From positions 1 through 40,721 of the IMG/VR virus record IMGVR_UViG_3300045988_023556: DNA of 40,721 nt; one strand, given 5' to 3'. The DNA comes from a virus. The position numbers and the translations under genes are program-made. Below the pieces are notes generated by a model. The model was not told the origin of the DNA. It saw only the letters and a list, made by a program, of their open reading frames with translations, and ran no database searches. Positions 6,433 through 15,307 of the stretch are shown here, one piece after another (within the stretch, counting starts at the first letter, position 1; every line of letters begins with the position of its first letter).

Positions 6433-7589
6433 ACGTACACCTCCACCGTAATCGGAATAGCCACCGTGGGCTTGTCCTCAAGGCAGGTAAACGTCAGCAC
6501 GCTGCCCGACCGGGAAGCAAAACTCACCATGCCACACGCCTCTTTCAGCGCAAGGTTGATGTCCGTGTTGCTCCCGTACACTGGATAAGCCATCGCACGT
6601 TTTGTATCCGTCAGACCGGAGACCGTAACAGACTGGGTATACGGGGCGCTGGCAGACCAACCGGCAGCAGTTAACGTTGCAGTCTTTGCAATCGTTTTGG
6701 CATTACTTAACGCCGTATCTACGTACCCCTTGGTTGCAGCATCAGCGCTGTCCGTGGGAGCACCTAATGCTTTGATTTGATGGGAGTTCATGACAATATT
6801 TCCGGTCATTAAACCGCCAGCACTAGGCAATGCCCCAACATTTTCAGCTTCTAGCTCAACGTTGCCATTGGAGTTAGGTTCTTTGCCGCACACTTTGGAT
6901 ACAGCACCGGTGCCATCCAAGCCCATGCGGGAGACGGAGTAAGAGGTGACGGGGCTGCCGGTGTTGAAGGTCAGCACCGTCCGTGTCCACAGGTATTTGC
7001 CCTGGGGGACGTTGGGGATTTCCGGCTGCCACGAGCCGGAGGGGACGATTGTACCCGAATCGGATACCATATAGGTTGTGCTGTGGTTTGTCATCCTTGC
7101 GGCATCACCCTTTTCGCCCTTTTCGCCCTTGATCTCGAACCACTGATACTTCGTCCAGTCCGTTGGGGCGGTTGCGGAATTGCCGCTGTATACGCCCATC
7201 CAGTTGTCAGGGAGAACACCGAAGTTGTGAGAAGCTGCCGTCGGCTCCTGCGCCGCGTACCGAATCCAGACGTATGCGTTGTCGCCCTTGTCACCTTTCG
7301 CGCCGTTCGTGATGGTAAACGTGCTGTTGGTGCTGTCGTTGTAGGTAATCCGGTACGTGTCTACCAGCCCGCTGGTGGAGATTTTGGAAACTCCGGTAAT
7401 GCCTCTGCCGTTTTTAACGGGAAAATCAAAGGTCGTGGTGTCTGCCATGGTAATGCGGTATGTATCCGTCAGGCCGCTGGCAGACTGCTTCACGATGCTG
7501 CTGATACCGCCATGGCCGTCAGCGGCGGCGGTCAGCCAGTTCAGAAGAATCTGTCCCGTCAGCTTCTTTGCCGCGCCGTCCTGCTCCAT
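6429..7589 (-). CDS. Tail fibre protein (the N-terminus probably extends to about 7655 through a non-ATG start)
   Basis: Repeats SGLTDTYRITMADTTTFDF / SGLVDTYRITYNDSTNSTF. Short collagen-like GAKGDKGD and GEKGEKGD. The in-frame upstream peptide IADKAISELIAAEQVKAADLLV looks like a fibre N-terminus. Confidence 0.8.
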   Translation of the reverse strand: MEQDGAAKKLTGQILLNWLTAAADGHGGISSIVKQSASGLTDTYRITMADTTTFDFPVKNGRGITGVSKISTSGLVDTYRITYNDSTNSTFTITNGAKGDKGDNAYVWIRYAAQEPTAASHNFGVLPDNWMGVYSGNSATAPTDWTKYQWFEIKGEKGEKGDAARMTNHSTTYMVSDSGTIVPSGSWQPEIPNVPQGKYLWTRTVLTFNTGSPVTSYSVSRMGLDGTGAVSKVCGKEPNSNGNVELEAENVGALPSAGGLMTGNIVMNSHQIKALGAPTDSADAATKGYVDTALSNAKTIAKTATLTAAGWSASAPYTQSVTVSGLTDTKRAMAYPVYGSNTDINLALKEACGMVSFASRSGSVLTFTCLEDKPTVAIPITVEVYV

Positions 7590-7658
7590 TACAAGAAGGT
7601 CGGCTGCTTTTACCTGCTCAGCGGCAATCAGCTCGGATATTGCTTTATCTGCGATAAG

Positions 7659-7832
7659 TCATCCCTCCTCAACGTCAGTCTCTTTTTCGGGCGCAGGAGG
7701 CGCAGACAGCACCTGCACCACTTCTTCAATGGCCTGCATACTGCCCAGCATCCTGTCCCAGTTTTCCCGTCCTGCGACCTGAACGCCCTCAAGGGTATTC
7801 AGGACTGCCCTAAGTTTCATTACAGGGTTCAT
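7659..7832 (-). CDS. Small hypothetical protein (57 aa)
   Basis: ATG at 7832 with an AAGGAG RBS. Starts 3 nt after the upstream stop. Confidence 0.55.
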   Translation of the reverse strand: MNPVMKLRAVLNTLEGVQVAGRENWDRMLGSMQAIEEVVQVLSAPPAPEKETDVEEG

Positions 7833-7834
7833 TT

Positions 7835-8080
7835 TTACTCCTTTCCCAGCACCACACGCACCGCGCCGGTTTCCGGTACAATAGCGATTATCTTCGTATA
7901 TTGGGCGGCGTACTGCCCTTCCCACCACATTTGCACCGTCTCAGCGGGATTTGCAAATACCGTGGCAATCGTCGCCAGGGATTCCCCGAGAATACGGATG
8001 TTTATCTGCCCCGCCTGGGGGAAAGGGTTGAAATAATCGCAGTCGAATTCTTTGCCTGTTGCGGTTTTCAGTTTTTCCAT
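7835..8080 (-). CDS. Small hypothetical tail-module protein (81 aa)
   Basis: ATG with a GTGAGGG RBS. Tightly packed between the tail genes. Confidence 0.6.
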   Translation of the reverse strand: MEKLKTATGKEFDCDYFNPFPQAGQINIRILGESLATIATVFANPAETVQMWWEGQYAAQYTKIIAIVPETGAVRVVLGKE

Positions 8081-8082
8081 AC

Positions 8083-9294
8083 TTAAGCCCTCACTAATAC
8101 AGTTTGTGATAATCCGTTTCCGTCCTTAATTGTTCGCCAAGCCACCTCTTCGTCTTTGAAATAGAAACTCGACGCGAATAGTACGGACGTATCAACGTAG
8201 CTTGCGGTATTCCACCCATTGAACACACCATTTGCAAAATCCGCATACCCAAGGGAGGTGTTGATACCGCCGGATACTGCGTAATTGCCGATAGAACCGC
8301 CATATATCTGCCCGCCGTAGCCGCCTGAGATACTGCCGGAAGTAATGCCGCCGCCGTTGAAATAGCCATCGTCTCCGCCATAGTCAATTCTTCCGGCGCT
8401 GACGCTTCCCCGGAAATAGCCATTCTCCGCATACAGATTTCCGGTCGGCGTAATCTGCACGCCGTTAGCCTCAGAGCCGCACTGAATACCGTTTACGCCG
8501 ATGTAAATACCCCGGCTGTTGGTGCCGTTCCAGACCTGATTGTTATAGCTCAGGTAGTCCGATTGGATGTCGAAACCGCCGATTTTTCCGCTAAGGGCGG
8601 TGATCTTTCCACGGACTTCTGCGCCGGACTTGGTGATCTGGAACACCGTGGTATTATTGGCCTTGACCGTCCAGGAATTGTCAAGCAGCTCCCAGCCGAA
8701 GGACGAGCTGCTCCCGCCGGTTTTGGTCACCCGCGCGGAAATCTGGTCACTCTGAATGTCCAGCCGCGAGGTGAGCTCGTTCCCCTGTTCGATACGGGCA
8801 GAGACTTCGGCGGAAATCTGGTCGGCCTGAACCTTGAACGTGGACTTCATTTCGGAATAGTGGCGTTCAATTTTGCGCTGCGTAGGTGTTTTGTACTCGT
8901 ACTTATAATTGATTTTTTCGCCGCCGGGTGCGGATACATTCGCCGTGTACAGTGCCCCGTGGGAAACGTTTTTGGAGTATATCCCGCTGTATAAGTTTCC
9001 GGCGGCAAATCCGTCTCCAATCTCCGCCGCCGGGTCGATATGTGCGCCATCGGCGGTATACGGCTGGTATTGAAAGCCTTGGATTCTAGATAGAATATCC
9101 TCAGCCATTTTTTGTGTACCCCACGGGCAGTCCAAAGTAAGCGTTCTTCCACTGTCGGTTCCGGCTGAGTATTCCATTTCATCTGACACGACAACAACGA
9201 CTTTTGAATATCCGTTGAAAGTGTCTTGCTTTTCCAGAGACGAAAGCGATTTTCGGACATTGATCACGTCAGACAACGATCCTGTCACCTCCAA
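8083..9294 (-). CDS. Tail/baseplate structural protein (minor structural protein, Gly-rich C-terminal beta-repeat region)
   Basis: Position after the Tal-like gene. Coiled segment QADQISAEVSARIEQGNELTSRLDIQSDQISARV, then G-rich repeats. TTG start is uncertain (9294 or 9276). Confidence 0.7.
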   Translation of the reverse strand: MEVTGSLSDVINVRKSLSSLEKQDTFNGYSKVVVVVSDEMEYSAGTDSGRTLTLDCPWGTQKMAEDILSRIQGFQYQPYTADGAHIDPAAEIGDGFAAGNLYSGIYSKNVSHGALYTANVSAPGGEKINYKYEYKTPTQRKIERHYSEMKSTFKVQADQISAEVSARIEQGNELTSRLDIQSDQISARVTKTGGSSSSFGWELLDNSWTVKANNTTVFQITKSGAEVRGKITALSGKIGGFDIQSDYLSYNNQVWNGTNSRGIYIGVNGIQCGSEANGVQITPTGNLYAENGYFRGSVSAGRIDYGGDDGYFNGGGITSGSISGGYGGQIYGGSIGNYAVSGGINTSLGYADFANGVFNGWNTASYVDTSVLFASSFYFKDEEVAWRTIKDGNGLSQTVLVRA

Positions 9295-10054
9295 ACGTAA
9301 TGGCGTAGCCGTGGGTGTCGATCAGGTAGCGGGTTTCTTTTGGGATATTCCAGAAGCATACCAGAAGCAATTCCCCCGATTCGCTCATGAGAAAGCACCC
9401 GGCGTACATGGCGGCGATATATCCAAGATATTCCCGGCAAGTATATTCCGGATTGTACTGGACAGGATAGGCGTTGCGCATAATCTCCGCCGTCCTTTGG
9501 TCTAGCGTTATGCCCATTGCCTGGGCGATCTCCCGCACAACGTCTATATCCTTTGCTGGCCATGTCAATTTGCTGTCTGCTGGGTAATCCTGCTCAGCGA
9601 ACAGAATAGCGTCGTATCCGTGGATTTTAAGCCACTGCACATCGTCCTCGTCAGCGTCCTGGTCGATGGAATCCGCATAAAATACGCCCTGCGGGAGCCA
9701 CTCGGAGCATTCGCCGTTATCGCTGACAAGCCTTACATAAACCGCAATCCGGGACATTCCTTCAATGTTCCCGGAGGGTTTCAGCATTTTAATGTCGCAC
9801 TCCCGGCTTATTACATTGCCGACGGTCGGCTCGTTCCCATCGAAAATCGCGCCGGTAGTTTCTACCGACGCGAGGATGTTCATTCCGTATCCGGCATCTG
9901 CGCCGGAAGCCCCAACCAGAATGCGGGTTCCGCCGAACGTGATTCCGTTTCCCCGTTTGTCCACAAGAAAGCCCGTATCGCCGATAGAAACCCGCGTTTC
10001 CTTCGTGTGGATGCCCGCAAGGATTTTTCTATACAGAGCAGATGTTTTCTGCAT
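9269..10054 (-). CDS. Tail-associated (Tal/baseplate hub-like) protein
   Basis: Second gene after the tape measure. AGGAGG RBS. Size and position fit a siphovirus Tal N-terminal domain. Confidence 0.6.
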   Translation of the reverse strand: MQKTSALYRKILAGIHTKETRVSIGDTGFLVDKRGNGITFGGTRILVGASGADAGYGMNILASVETTGAIFDGNEPTVGNVISRECDIKMLKPSGNIEGMSRIAVYVRLVSDNGECSEWLPQGVFYADSIDQDADEDDVQWLKIHGYDAILFAEQDYPADSKLTWPAKDIDVVREIAQAMGITLDQRTAEIMRNAYPVQYNPEYTCREYLGYIAAMYAGCFLMSESGELLLVCFWNIPKETRYLIDTHGYAITFGGDRIVV

Positions 10055-10063
10055 ATTGCCTCC

Positions 10064-10441
10064 TTACTGCTCGATCAGCGGGAAGGAAATACCCGTCCAT
10101 ACCGATTCCCCGGTATCGGGGTCAACGTAGGAGATCGAAGCGGGAACGTTGTTGGAATAATATTGCGCCGTCTGGCTCCCATATAGCGGGTGTAGGTTCG
10201 TTTCCACTGTGACAAACTCAGGGTTTATCAGAGCCATAAGCGCAAGCTCTTCCGCGCGGTTCATATCCATGCACGTGATATCCGCCCGGTATTTCTGCGC
10301 CACCCGGCCACGGTGCATGGTAGCGTCCATTGTTCGCCCAGCGTTGGGGCTTTCCACATCGTTGCGCTGCCATTTTATGCCGCCCTCCTGAGTAAGGTGT
10401 AGGATGTCCACACCGTTGATTTTGAAATATGGTTTTGCCAT
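10064..10441 (-). CDS. Distal tail protein (Dit-like, short form)
   Basis: Immediately downstream of the tape measure. Poly-G RBS. Confidence 0.6.
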   Translation of the reverse strand: MAKPYFKINGVDILHLTQEGGIKWQRNDVESPNAGRTMDATMHRGRVAQKYRADITCMDMNRAEELALMALINPEFVTVETNLHPLYGSQTAQYYSNNVPASISYVDPDTGESVWTGISFPLIEQ

Positions 10442-10442
10442 A

Positions 10443-12395
10443 CTACCCCCCCAATGCCCGCTGTGTCCGGCGCTGCTGACGGGTGATCTCAGGTGTCAGC
10501 ACACGCGCAAGCGTCGCAAGGTCGCCGGTGAACTTGATCGTGATTTCCTCGCCGGAACCGTTCTGCGAAAGCACCTCCGCAAGAGCCTGTTTAATGGTTT
10601 CCAGAGGGGCTTCAATGTTTGTCCCGTGCGTCTGATCTCCGAGGACGGCCATAAACTCCCGGTTTGGAGGAATAACTGCGCCCTGAGCAAGGCGGGGCGC
10701 CTTTATCGCGCCAAACGAAACTCGACCCCAATCCACGCCCTTGACGGAAATATTTACACCAGGGATAAGGTTTAATAGTCTGATTGTTTCATTGACAACG
10801 GCTCTGACCCCATCCATAATCTTGTTAACCGCGCCCTCCAGAATAGAGATAACGCCATTCCAGGCCCCCGCAAAAATATTCATGATTCCATTCCAGGCCT
10901 TTTCCCAGTTCCCTGTGAACATTCCGGAAATGAAATCAATTAGGCCGCCGAATATTTGCTTCACGGAATCAACCAGGCCGTTAATGAACTGTCTGATCGT
11001 TGCAATTTCATTTTTGAATCGTCCATTGGTCGCCTTATCAATCCAGTCCAGTAGGCTGTTAATTCCTTGATTAGCAAAGTCAAGCAGCGACAAACCGAAA
11101 TTCTTGTAATGTTCGAAGAACGAATCCAGAGATTCTTTCATACCATCAAGATCACCGTTGAGCAGTGCAATAATAAACTCAGACGCGTCATGGAACATCC
11201 CTTTTATGGATTCAAGCATATCCCCGATGGGAGTTTCGGCCAAACCAAATTTCTCGATGATCGAATCTATCCCCATCCCAACTATGTAATCCACAAATTC
11301 AAGAAGATCTACGATTAAATTCCTGACGTTCCCACAGAACGAAACGAGATCATCTATTGCCTCTCCCCATTCCCCGGAAAGAAAGTCAGTTACAAAATCC
11401 CTGACATCTTCTATGATCGCCCAAACATCCGCCGCGATTTTGCCGACCTTTTCTAAAATCGTATCTAAGAATGTGCTATCAAATTCTTGCGCTGAAAAAT
11501 CAGGCGCAATCGTACCCGAGCCGCCACCACCGCCGCCAGCTGTGTCTTCTGTAAGCTGGTTGATTTCATCGAAACCGAGAAGCTGCTTTTTCGCTTCTTT
11601 TGCCGCTGCGCCCGTGCCGTTCAGCGCGGAGGTCTGCTGATTCAGTGCTTTTGCCGCCGCCCGGGACGATTCCACGGTTGAGCCTGTCAGCACCGCAAAC
11701 ACGCTGGCGATTTTGCTGATTATCGCCGCAATGATATTTACGAACTTTGTGAACGCCGGAATGATGATGTTCACCAACGGCTGCACCAGCGTAAGCAAAG
11801 CGCCCTTGAGCTTCGCAATAGCCGCCGTTGCTTCCGGGCTGACCTTGATTACATTCCCAATCCAGTCCCGGAATTTTGAAAGTGCTTGTGTAATTACCGT
11901 GAACACAAGTGCAGATGTAACGACGGATTTCAGGCGGCTTGCAAAGCCCTTTGCGCTTTTCGCCGCTTTCTTGACGCCGTTGTTCATCTTTTCGGAATTA
12001 TGGCCAGCGGTAGCGAGTTCAGCGGCGAGTTCCCCCGCCCGATCTTTTGCTATGCCAATATCGCCATTGGCTTTTTCTATATCGAGATTATACTTGTCTA
12101 TCTTGTTGTTAACTTGATCCCACTGGTACTGCAAAGAATTGACCGTCTCCGCTTGGTTACTAATTGCCCCAGAAGATGCACTGCTGGATTTTAATGCTTC
12201 AAGTTTCTGCTTCGCATCATCCAGCGCCGCGCCCAAGGAATTCGCCTGTTCTTCCAACGGCATTTTCTTCGCTTCCGCTTGACTTGCCTTGCTTTCCAGT
12301 GCAGAAATCTTCTTTTCCAGTTTTTCGAGCTCTGCTTGCGCTTTTTTATTATCGATCTCAGTGCTAAAAACAATCGAACCGTCAGGATTTGGCAT
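10443..12395 (-). CDS. Tail tape measure protein
   Basis: 650 aa. N-terminal coiled coil (AQAELEKLEKKISALESKASQAEAKK), hydrophobic central helices and a GGGGGS tract. Start ATG 12395 (GGTG RBS) is preferred over 12413. Confidence 0.9.
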   Translation of the reverse strand: MPNPDGSIVFSTEIDNKKAQAELEKLEKKISALESKASQAEAKKMPLEEQANSLGAALDDAKQKLEALKSSSASSGAISNQAETVNSLQYQWDQVNNKIDKYNLDIEKANGDIGIAKDRAGELAAELATAGHNSEKMNNGVKKAAKSAKGFASRLKSVVTSALVFTVITQALSKFRDWIGNVIKVSPEATAAIAKLKGALLTLVQPLVNIIIPAFTKFVNIIAAIISKIASVFAVLTGSTVESSRAAAKALNQQTSALNGTGAAAKEAKKQLLGFDEINQLTEDTAGGGGGGSGTIAPDFSAQEFDSTFLDTILEKVGKIAADVWAIIEDVRDFVTDFLSGEWGEAIDDLVSFCGNVRNLIVDLLEFVDYIVGMGIDSIIEKFGLAETPIGDMLESIKGMFHDASEFIIALLNGDLDGMKESLDSFFEHYKNFGLSLLDFANQGINSLLDWIDKATNGRFKNEIATIRQFINGLVDSVKQIFGGLIDFISGMFTGNWEKAWNGIMNIFAGAWNGVISILEGAVNKIMDGVRAVVNETIRLLNLIPGVNISVKGVDWGRVSFGAIKAPRLAQGAVIPPNREFMAVLGDQTHGTNIEAPLETIKQALAEVLSQNGSGEEITIKFTGDLATLARVLTPEITRQQRRTQRALGG

Positions 12396-12407
12396 ATAAA
12401 CACCTAC

Positions 12408-12480
12408 TTGCATTTTAATTACGGGTATGATATTATGAAATTGTTAACACAACGCTATTTCCCATAAGTGGAAAATAGCG
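12408..12480 (+). promoter_or_regulatory. Sigma-A-type promoter plus 5' stem-loop of the TM2 moron
   Basis: TTGCAT (12408-12413), 17 nt, TATTAT (12431-12436). Inverted repeat CGCTATTT/AAATAGCG at 12453-12480. Confidence 0.6.
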
Positions 12481-12507
12481 GCGTGGAATTGTTAAGGAGG
12501 GGTATTC

Positions 12508-12849
12508 ATGTTTTGCCAGAATTGCGGAAAAGAGATAGCTGAAATGCCATGCCAATATTGCGGATTTTCGGGCATCAGGCAGCCAGCAAGTCAACCAACA
12601 ATCATTATCCAGAACAACAATGCAAATGTCGTTTCTATGCCTGCTATAAGCCAGAAAAGCAAGGTTACAGCGCTTCTGCTTTGCATTTTCCTCGGCGGAT
12701 TGGGGATTCATAGGTTTTACGTTGGAAAAACCGGGTCAGGAATACTGTACTTACTGACAGCTGGCGTTTTTGGTATTGGCTGGATCGTTGATATTTTTTC
12801 GATTGCGCTCGGTGGCTTCCGCGACGCAAACGGCCTATTTTTGAAGTAA
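12508..12849 (+). CDS. Zinc-ribbon plus TM2-domain membrane protein (moron, antisense to the tail operon)
   Basis: CQNCG...CQYCG zinc ribbon. TM2 signature ALLLCIFLGGLGIHRFYVGKTGSGILYLL...GIGWIVDIF. AAGGAGGGG RBS. Confidence 0.85.
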   Translation: MFCQNCGKEIAEMPCQYCGFSGIRQPASQPTIIIQNNNANVVSMPAISQKSKVTALLLCIFLGGLGIHRFYVGKTGSGILYLLTAGVFGIGWIVDIFSIALGGFRDANGLFLK

Positions 12850-12862
12850 AAGCTGATTTTAT

Positions 12863-12887
12863 CCGCCCTCTCCGGAGGGCGGTTTTT
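12863..12887 (+). terminator. Intrinsic terminator of the TM2 moron
   Basis: CCGCCCTC-TCCG-GAGGGCGG followed by TTTTT. On the minus strand the hairpin has no U-tract. Confidence 0.85.
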
Positions 12888-13431
12888 ACGTCCACGCCTT
12901 TATAAGCTCATTGTCTCTGTCGGAATACTGCGACTTTATATCCACGGCGTCCCTGTTCCGGCGATAGAATTCTTTGTCCGCCTTGTCTTTCAGCTTTCCT
13001 TTTGCCTTCAAATCGCGTATTCGCACGATTTGCGCAAAGAAGCAGTCCCCGATTTCCATGTAGTATGAAAGAAACGTCCACCAGTGCAAATATGGCATCG
13101 AACGAACTTCTGTTCCGGCGATGCGGTTTATCGGGGCAATCAGAATCGGAAAATCCTTTTCCCAATCCATCAGCTTCGTGGTGCTTTTGCATTTTTCGTC
13201 GTTGCCACCGTTGATGAACCAGTAGCATTTTTGAACGGCGTCGCTGAAATGCTCTGCGGGCATATCAAAAAATCTTTTGTAGAAGATTCCAAGCATCCCG
13301 ATTCCCTTTTCATTGCCTGTCAAATCCGGGTCTTCCAGAACGCCGAATATATCCAGAATCGCCCGAAAATCCGTCTCAATATCATAATCTGTTCCGCATA
13401 CGTTGACAGATGTCGGAAGTTCGTACATCAT
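12886..13431 (-). CDS. Phage Gp15-like tail assembly protein
   Basis: Family-typical position between the chaperone and the tape measure. Sequence LPTSVNVCGTDYDIETDFRAILDIF.... Confidence 0.65.
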   Translation of the reverse strand: MMYELPTSVNVCGTDYDIETDFRAILDIFGVLEDPDLTGNEKGIGMLGIFYKRFFDMPAEHFSDAVQKCYWFINGGNDEKCKSTTKLMDWEKDFPILIAPINRIAGTEVRSMPYLHWWTFLSYYMEIGDCFFAQIVRIRDLKAKGKLKDKADKEFYRRNRDAVDIKSQYSDRDNELIKAWT

Positions 13432-13838
13432 CGGCTGTACTTCTTTGTATATTTCGCCAGTTTTTCGCTGTGGAACGCCTTTTCCCGCTTAATTCCATCA
13501 TCGAACTCGTCGATAATGGCAAGCATTAAATTCATCCACAGGGGCATCCCGTCCGCACTGGCATACACGCTTGTACTGCCAAACAACGGCTCGCAGACAG
13601 GAGTACCGAAGCATCCGTCAATCGTCCCCCGCATATCTGCGTCCAGTTTCCGAAGATAGTCGAACGTTTCACGGGTGGTCATGCCGTCAATGTCCTTGCG
13701 CTCCTGCTTTTTGGATAGCTCGTCCAGCGCCGTATAAATCCGATCGGCAAAGGCGGGGTCTGTCGGGTTAAAACGAACCGTGCATTTATCGTTAAGCCTA
13801 TACTCGATTTCGCCGGTATTCAGTGTCAGTTCTTTCAT
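13428..13838 (-). CDS. Tail assembly chaperone
   Basis: ATG at 13838 (MKELTLNTGEIEY) with a GGAGGGA RBS. Directly downstream of the major tail gene. Confidence 0.6.
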   Translation of the reverse strand: MKELTLNTGEIEYRLNDKCTVRFNPTDPAFADRIYTALDELSKKQERKDIDGMTTRETFDYLRKLDADMRGTIDGCFGTPVCEPLFGSTSVYASADGMPLWMNLMLAIIDEFDDGIKREKAFHSEKLAKYTKKYSR

Positions 13839-13856
13839 AATCCCTCCAAAGATTTC

Positions 13857-13876
13857 GGGGCGGCACTCACCGCCCC
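13857..13876 (-). promoter_or_regulatory. GC hairpin after the major tail gene (attenuator/mRNA stabiliser candidate)
   Basis: GGGGCGG-6 nt-CCGCCCC. Only a weak U-tract on the minus strand. Confidence 0.4.
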
Positions 13877-13885
13877 GTATTTGCA

Positions 13886-14410
13886 TCAGGTATCAGCCGT
13901 GAACGTAACGGTTCCGGCGCTTACCGCCGCAGTACCTACCGTGCGTGCGCCGCCGTATGTAATGTCCATCGGCATTCCAACAAAGCCGCCGCCCTCGCCG
14001 CCAAGGCTGGACGGCTTGACCATACAGGAGCTGTAGCGCTCTGCAAAGGCCGCCGTGCCCTTAGTACCGGCGTACAGATGCACAATCAGCATATCCTGAT
14101 TGGTCAGTGCTGCCACGTTTTGCTCCTTGACCGCCAGGTTCCAAATTTTCAGAACCGCAGCGTCTCCGGCGTCCAGATCACACGGGTCAAAGGTCTGCGT
14201 GATGATGGGCTTTTTCATCGTGCTTCTGGTCGTACCGAGGATATCCTTGTTGGATTCCTCCTGCCAGTCGTATTCCATGCTGGAATCCGTGACGCGGCTA
14301 CCAAGCGGCGACCACACAGGAGCAGAGGTCGTTCCGGTGTTCAGGTACGCGATCAGCAGCTCACGGTCTACGGTCTGGCCGGGTGCGGTGTTAAACTCTA
14401 AATCTGCCAT
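13886..14410 (-). CDS. Major tail protein
   Basis: 174 aa. GAGGTGA RBS. Position upstream of chaperone/TMP, with a Thr/Gly-rich beta-type sequence. Confidence 0.8.
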   Translation of the reverse strand: MADLEFNTAPGQTVDRELLIAYLNTGTTSAPVWSPLGSRVTDSSMEYDWQEESNKDILGTTRSTMKKPIITQTFDPCDLDAGDAAVLKIWNLAVKEQNVAALTNQDMLIVHLYAGTKGTAAFAERYSSCMVKPSSLGGEGGGFVGMPMDITYGGARTVGTAAVSAGTVTFTADT

Positions 14411-14414
14411 TATT

Positions 14415-14855
14415 TCACCTCATAAATCGTTTTTTGAATTGAGCGGACAGCTGTACCATGTACATTGCCGTTCCTTCTTCGTCTGCACCGTACAGAACGC
14501 CGTTCTGCGCGGTGATTTTCTCCGCCCTCGGGTCATCCCCAAAGGTGGGGGCATTGCCCATAACGGACATTTTCTGCACCCACTCCTGAAAGTCCATGAC
14601 CCAGCCCGCATTTTCAGATGCTCCGGTATCATCCCCCGGGGACTTCTCGAACACGTAGTACAGCCCGAAATTGTACTGATTGATTACGGTTGTGTTCCCG
14701 AGGATATCCCGTGTTCTGGAAACCTCCACAAGCCCGGAGGGGAAAACACCGCCGTTGAACGGAATCTGGTCGGTGTAATCCACATGGAAGTCCCGGAAGA
14801 TATCCGCGCCGGGGTACTGCCCGAGAAAGTCCTTGATTTTTTCCAGCGCCGTCAT
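14415..14855 (-). CDS. Head-tail joining / tail completion protein
   Basis: Fourth gene after the capsid gene and immediately before the major tail gene. Confidence 0.55.
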   Translation of the reverse strand: MTALEKIKDFLGQYPGADIFRDFHVDYTDQIPFNGGVFPSGLVEVSRTRDILGNTTVINQYNFGLYYVFEKSPGDDTGASENAGWVMDFQEWVQKMSVMGNAPTFGDDPRAEKITAQNGVLYGADEEGTAMYMVQLSAQFKKRFMR

Positions 14856-15307
14856 ATTCCGCTCCTCCTGTTGATATAAGCCTGTAAGTCGTGCGCAATT
14901 TGGTCTTTCTCTGCCGCCATCATGCGTCTGTCCCAGAACGGTCCCGCCTGCTGGTTCTTGGTGGTGTCATAGTTCAAATCCCGATCAGTCGCTCTCAGCA
15001 CGGTTCCTTTTCTGTACCGGTATCCAACTCCCGGAATGAAAGCGGGGCCTTTTCCGGTTTTTGCATTTACCATGACTTTGCCGTAGTACTGATACCGGGC
15101 GTATGGTGCCATAACCGTGATCTCTGTCGGGCTTGAGATATACTTAAGCTTCGTGGAAAGCACACCGGTTCGGAACGGCATGTACCGCGTTATCCGCTTG
15201 TTCACTATCCGGGTAAGCTGCATCTGCACATCGCCGGTTTTATTGACGCCAAGCCTTGTCAGGATTGTGTCTACGGGCTTCATATCAACCTTTATCCGTG
15301 TTTTCAT
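14852..15307 (-). CDS. Head-tail joining protein (HK97 gp10-like / minor capsid family)
   Basis: Position, plus C-terminal GPFWDRRMMAAEKDQIAHDLQAYI resembling this family. Confidence 0.55.
   Translation of the reverse strand: MKTRIKVDMKPVDTILTRLGVNKTGDVQMQLTRIVNKRITRYMPFRTGVLSTKLKYISSPTEITVMAPYARYQYYGKVMVNAKTGKGPAFIPGVGYRYRKGTVLRATDRDLNYDTTKNQQAGPFWDRRMMAAEKDQIAHDLQAYINRRSGI

Noticed and set aside
5563-7589. Diversity-generating retroelement targeting the fibre genes
   Set aside because: There is no reverse transcriptase gene and no template/variable DNA repeat pair anywhere in the window.
7083-8036. 317-aa plus-strand ORF (also 3889-4689 and 8563-8994)
   Set aside because: These are antisense shadows of tail fibre, endolysin and tail genes. 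They have no RBS and skewed Arg/Gly/Cys/Pro-rich composition.
13428-13431. Programmed -1 frameshift (G/GT-type) between the chaperone and the next gene
   Set aside because: The two ORFs are joined by an ordinary ATGA stop/start overlap, and the downstream ORF has its own Met and a Gp15-like sequence. I saw no slippery heptamer.
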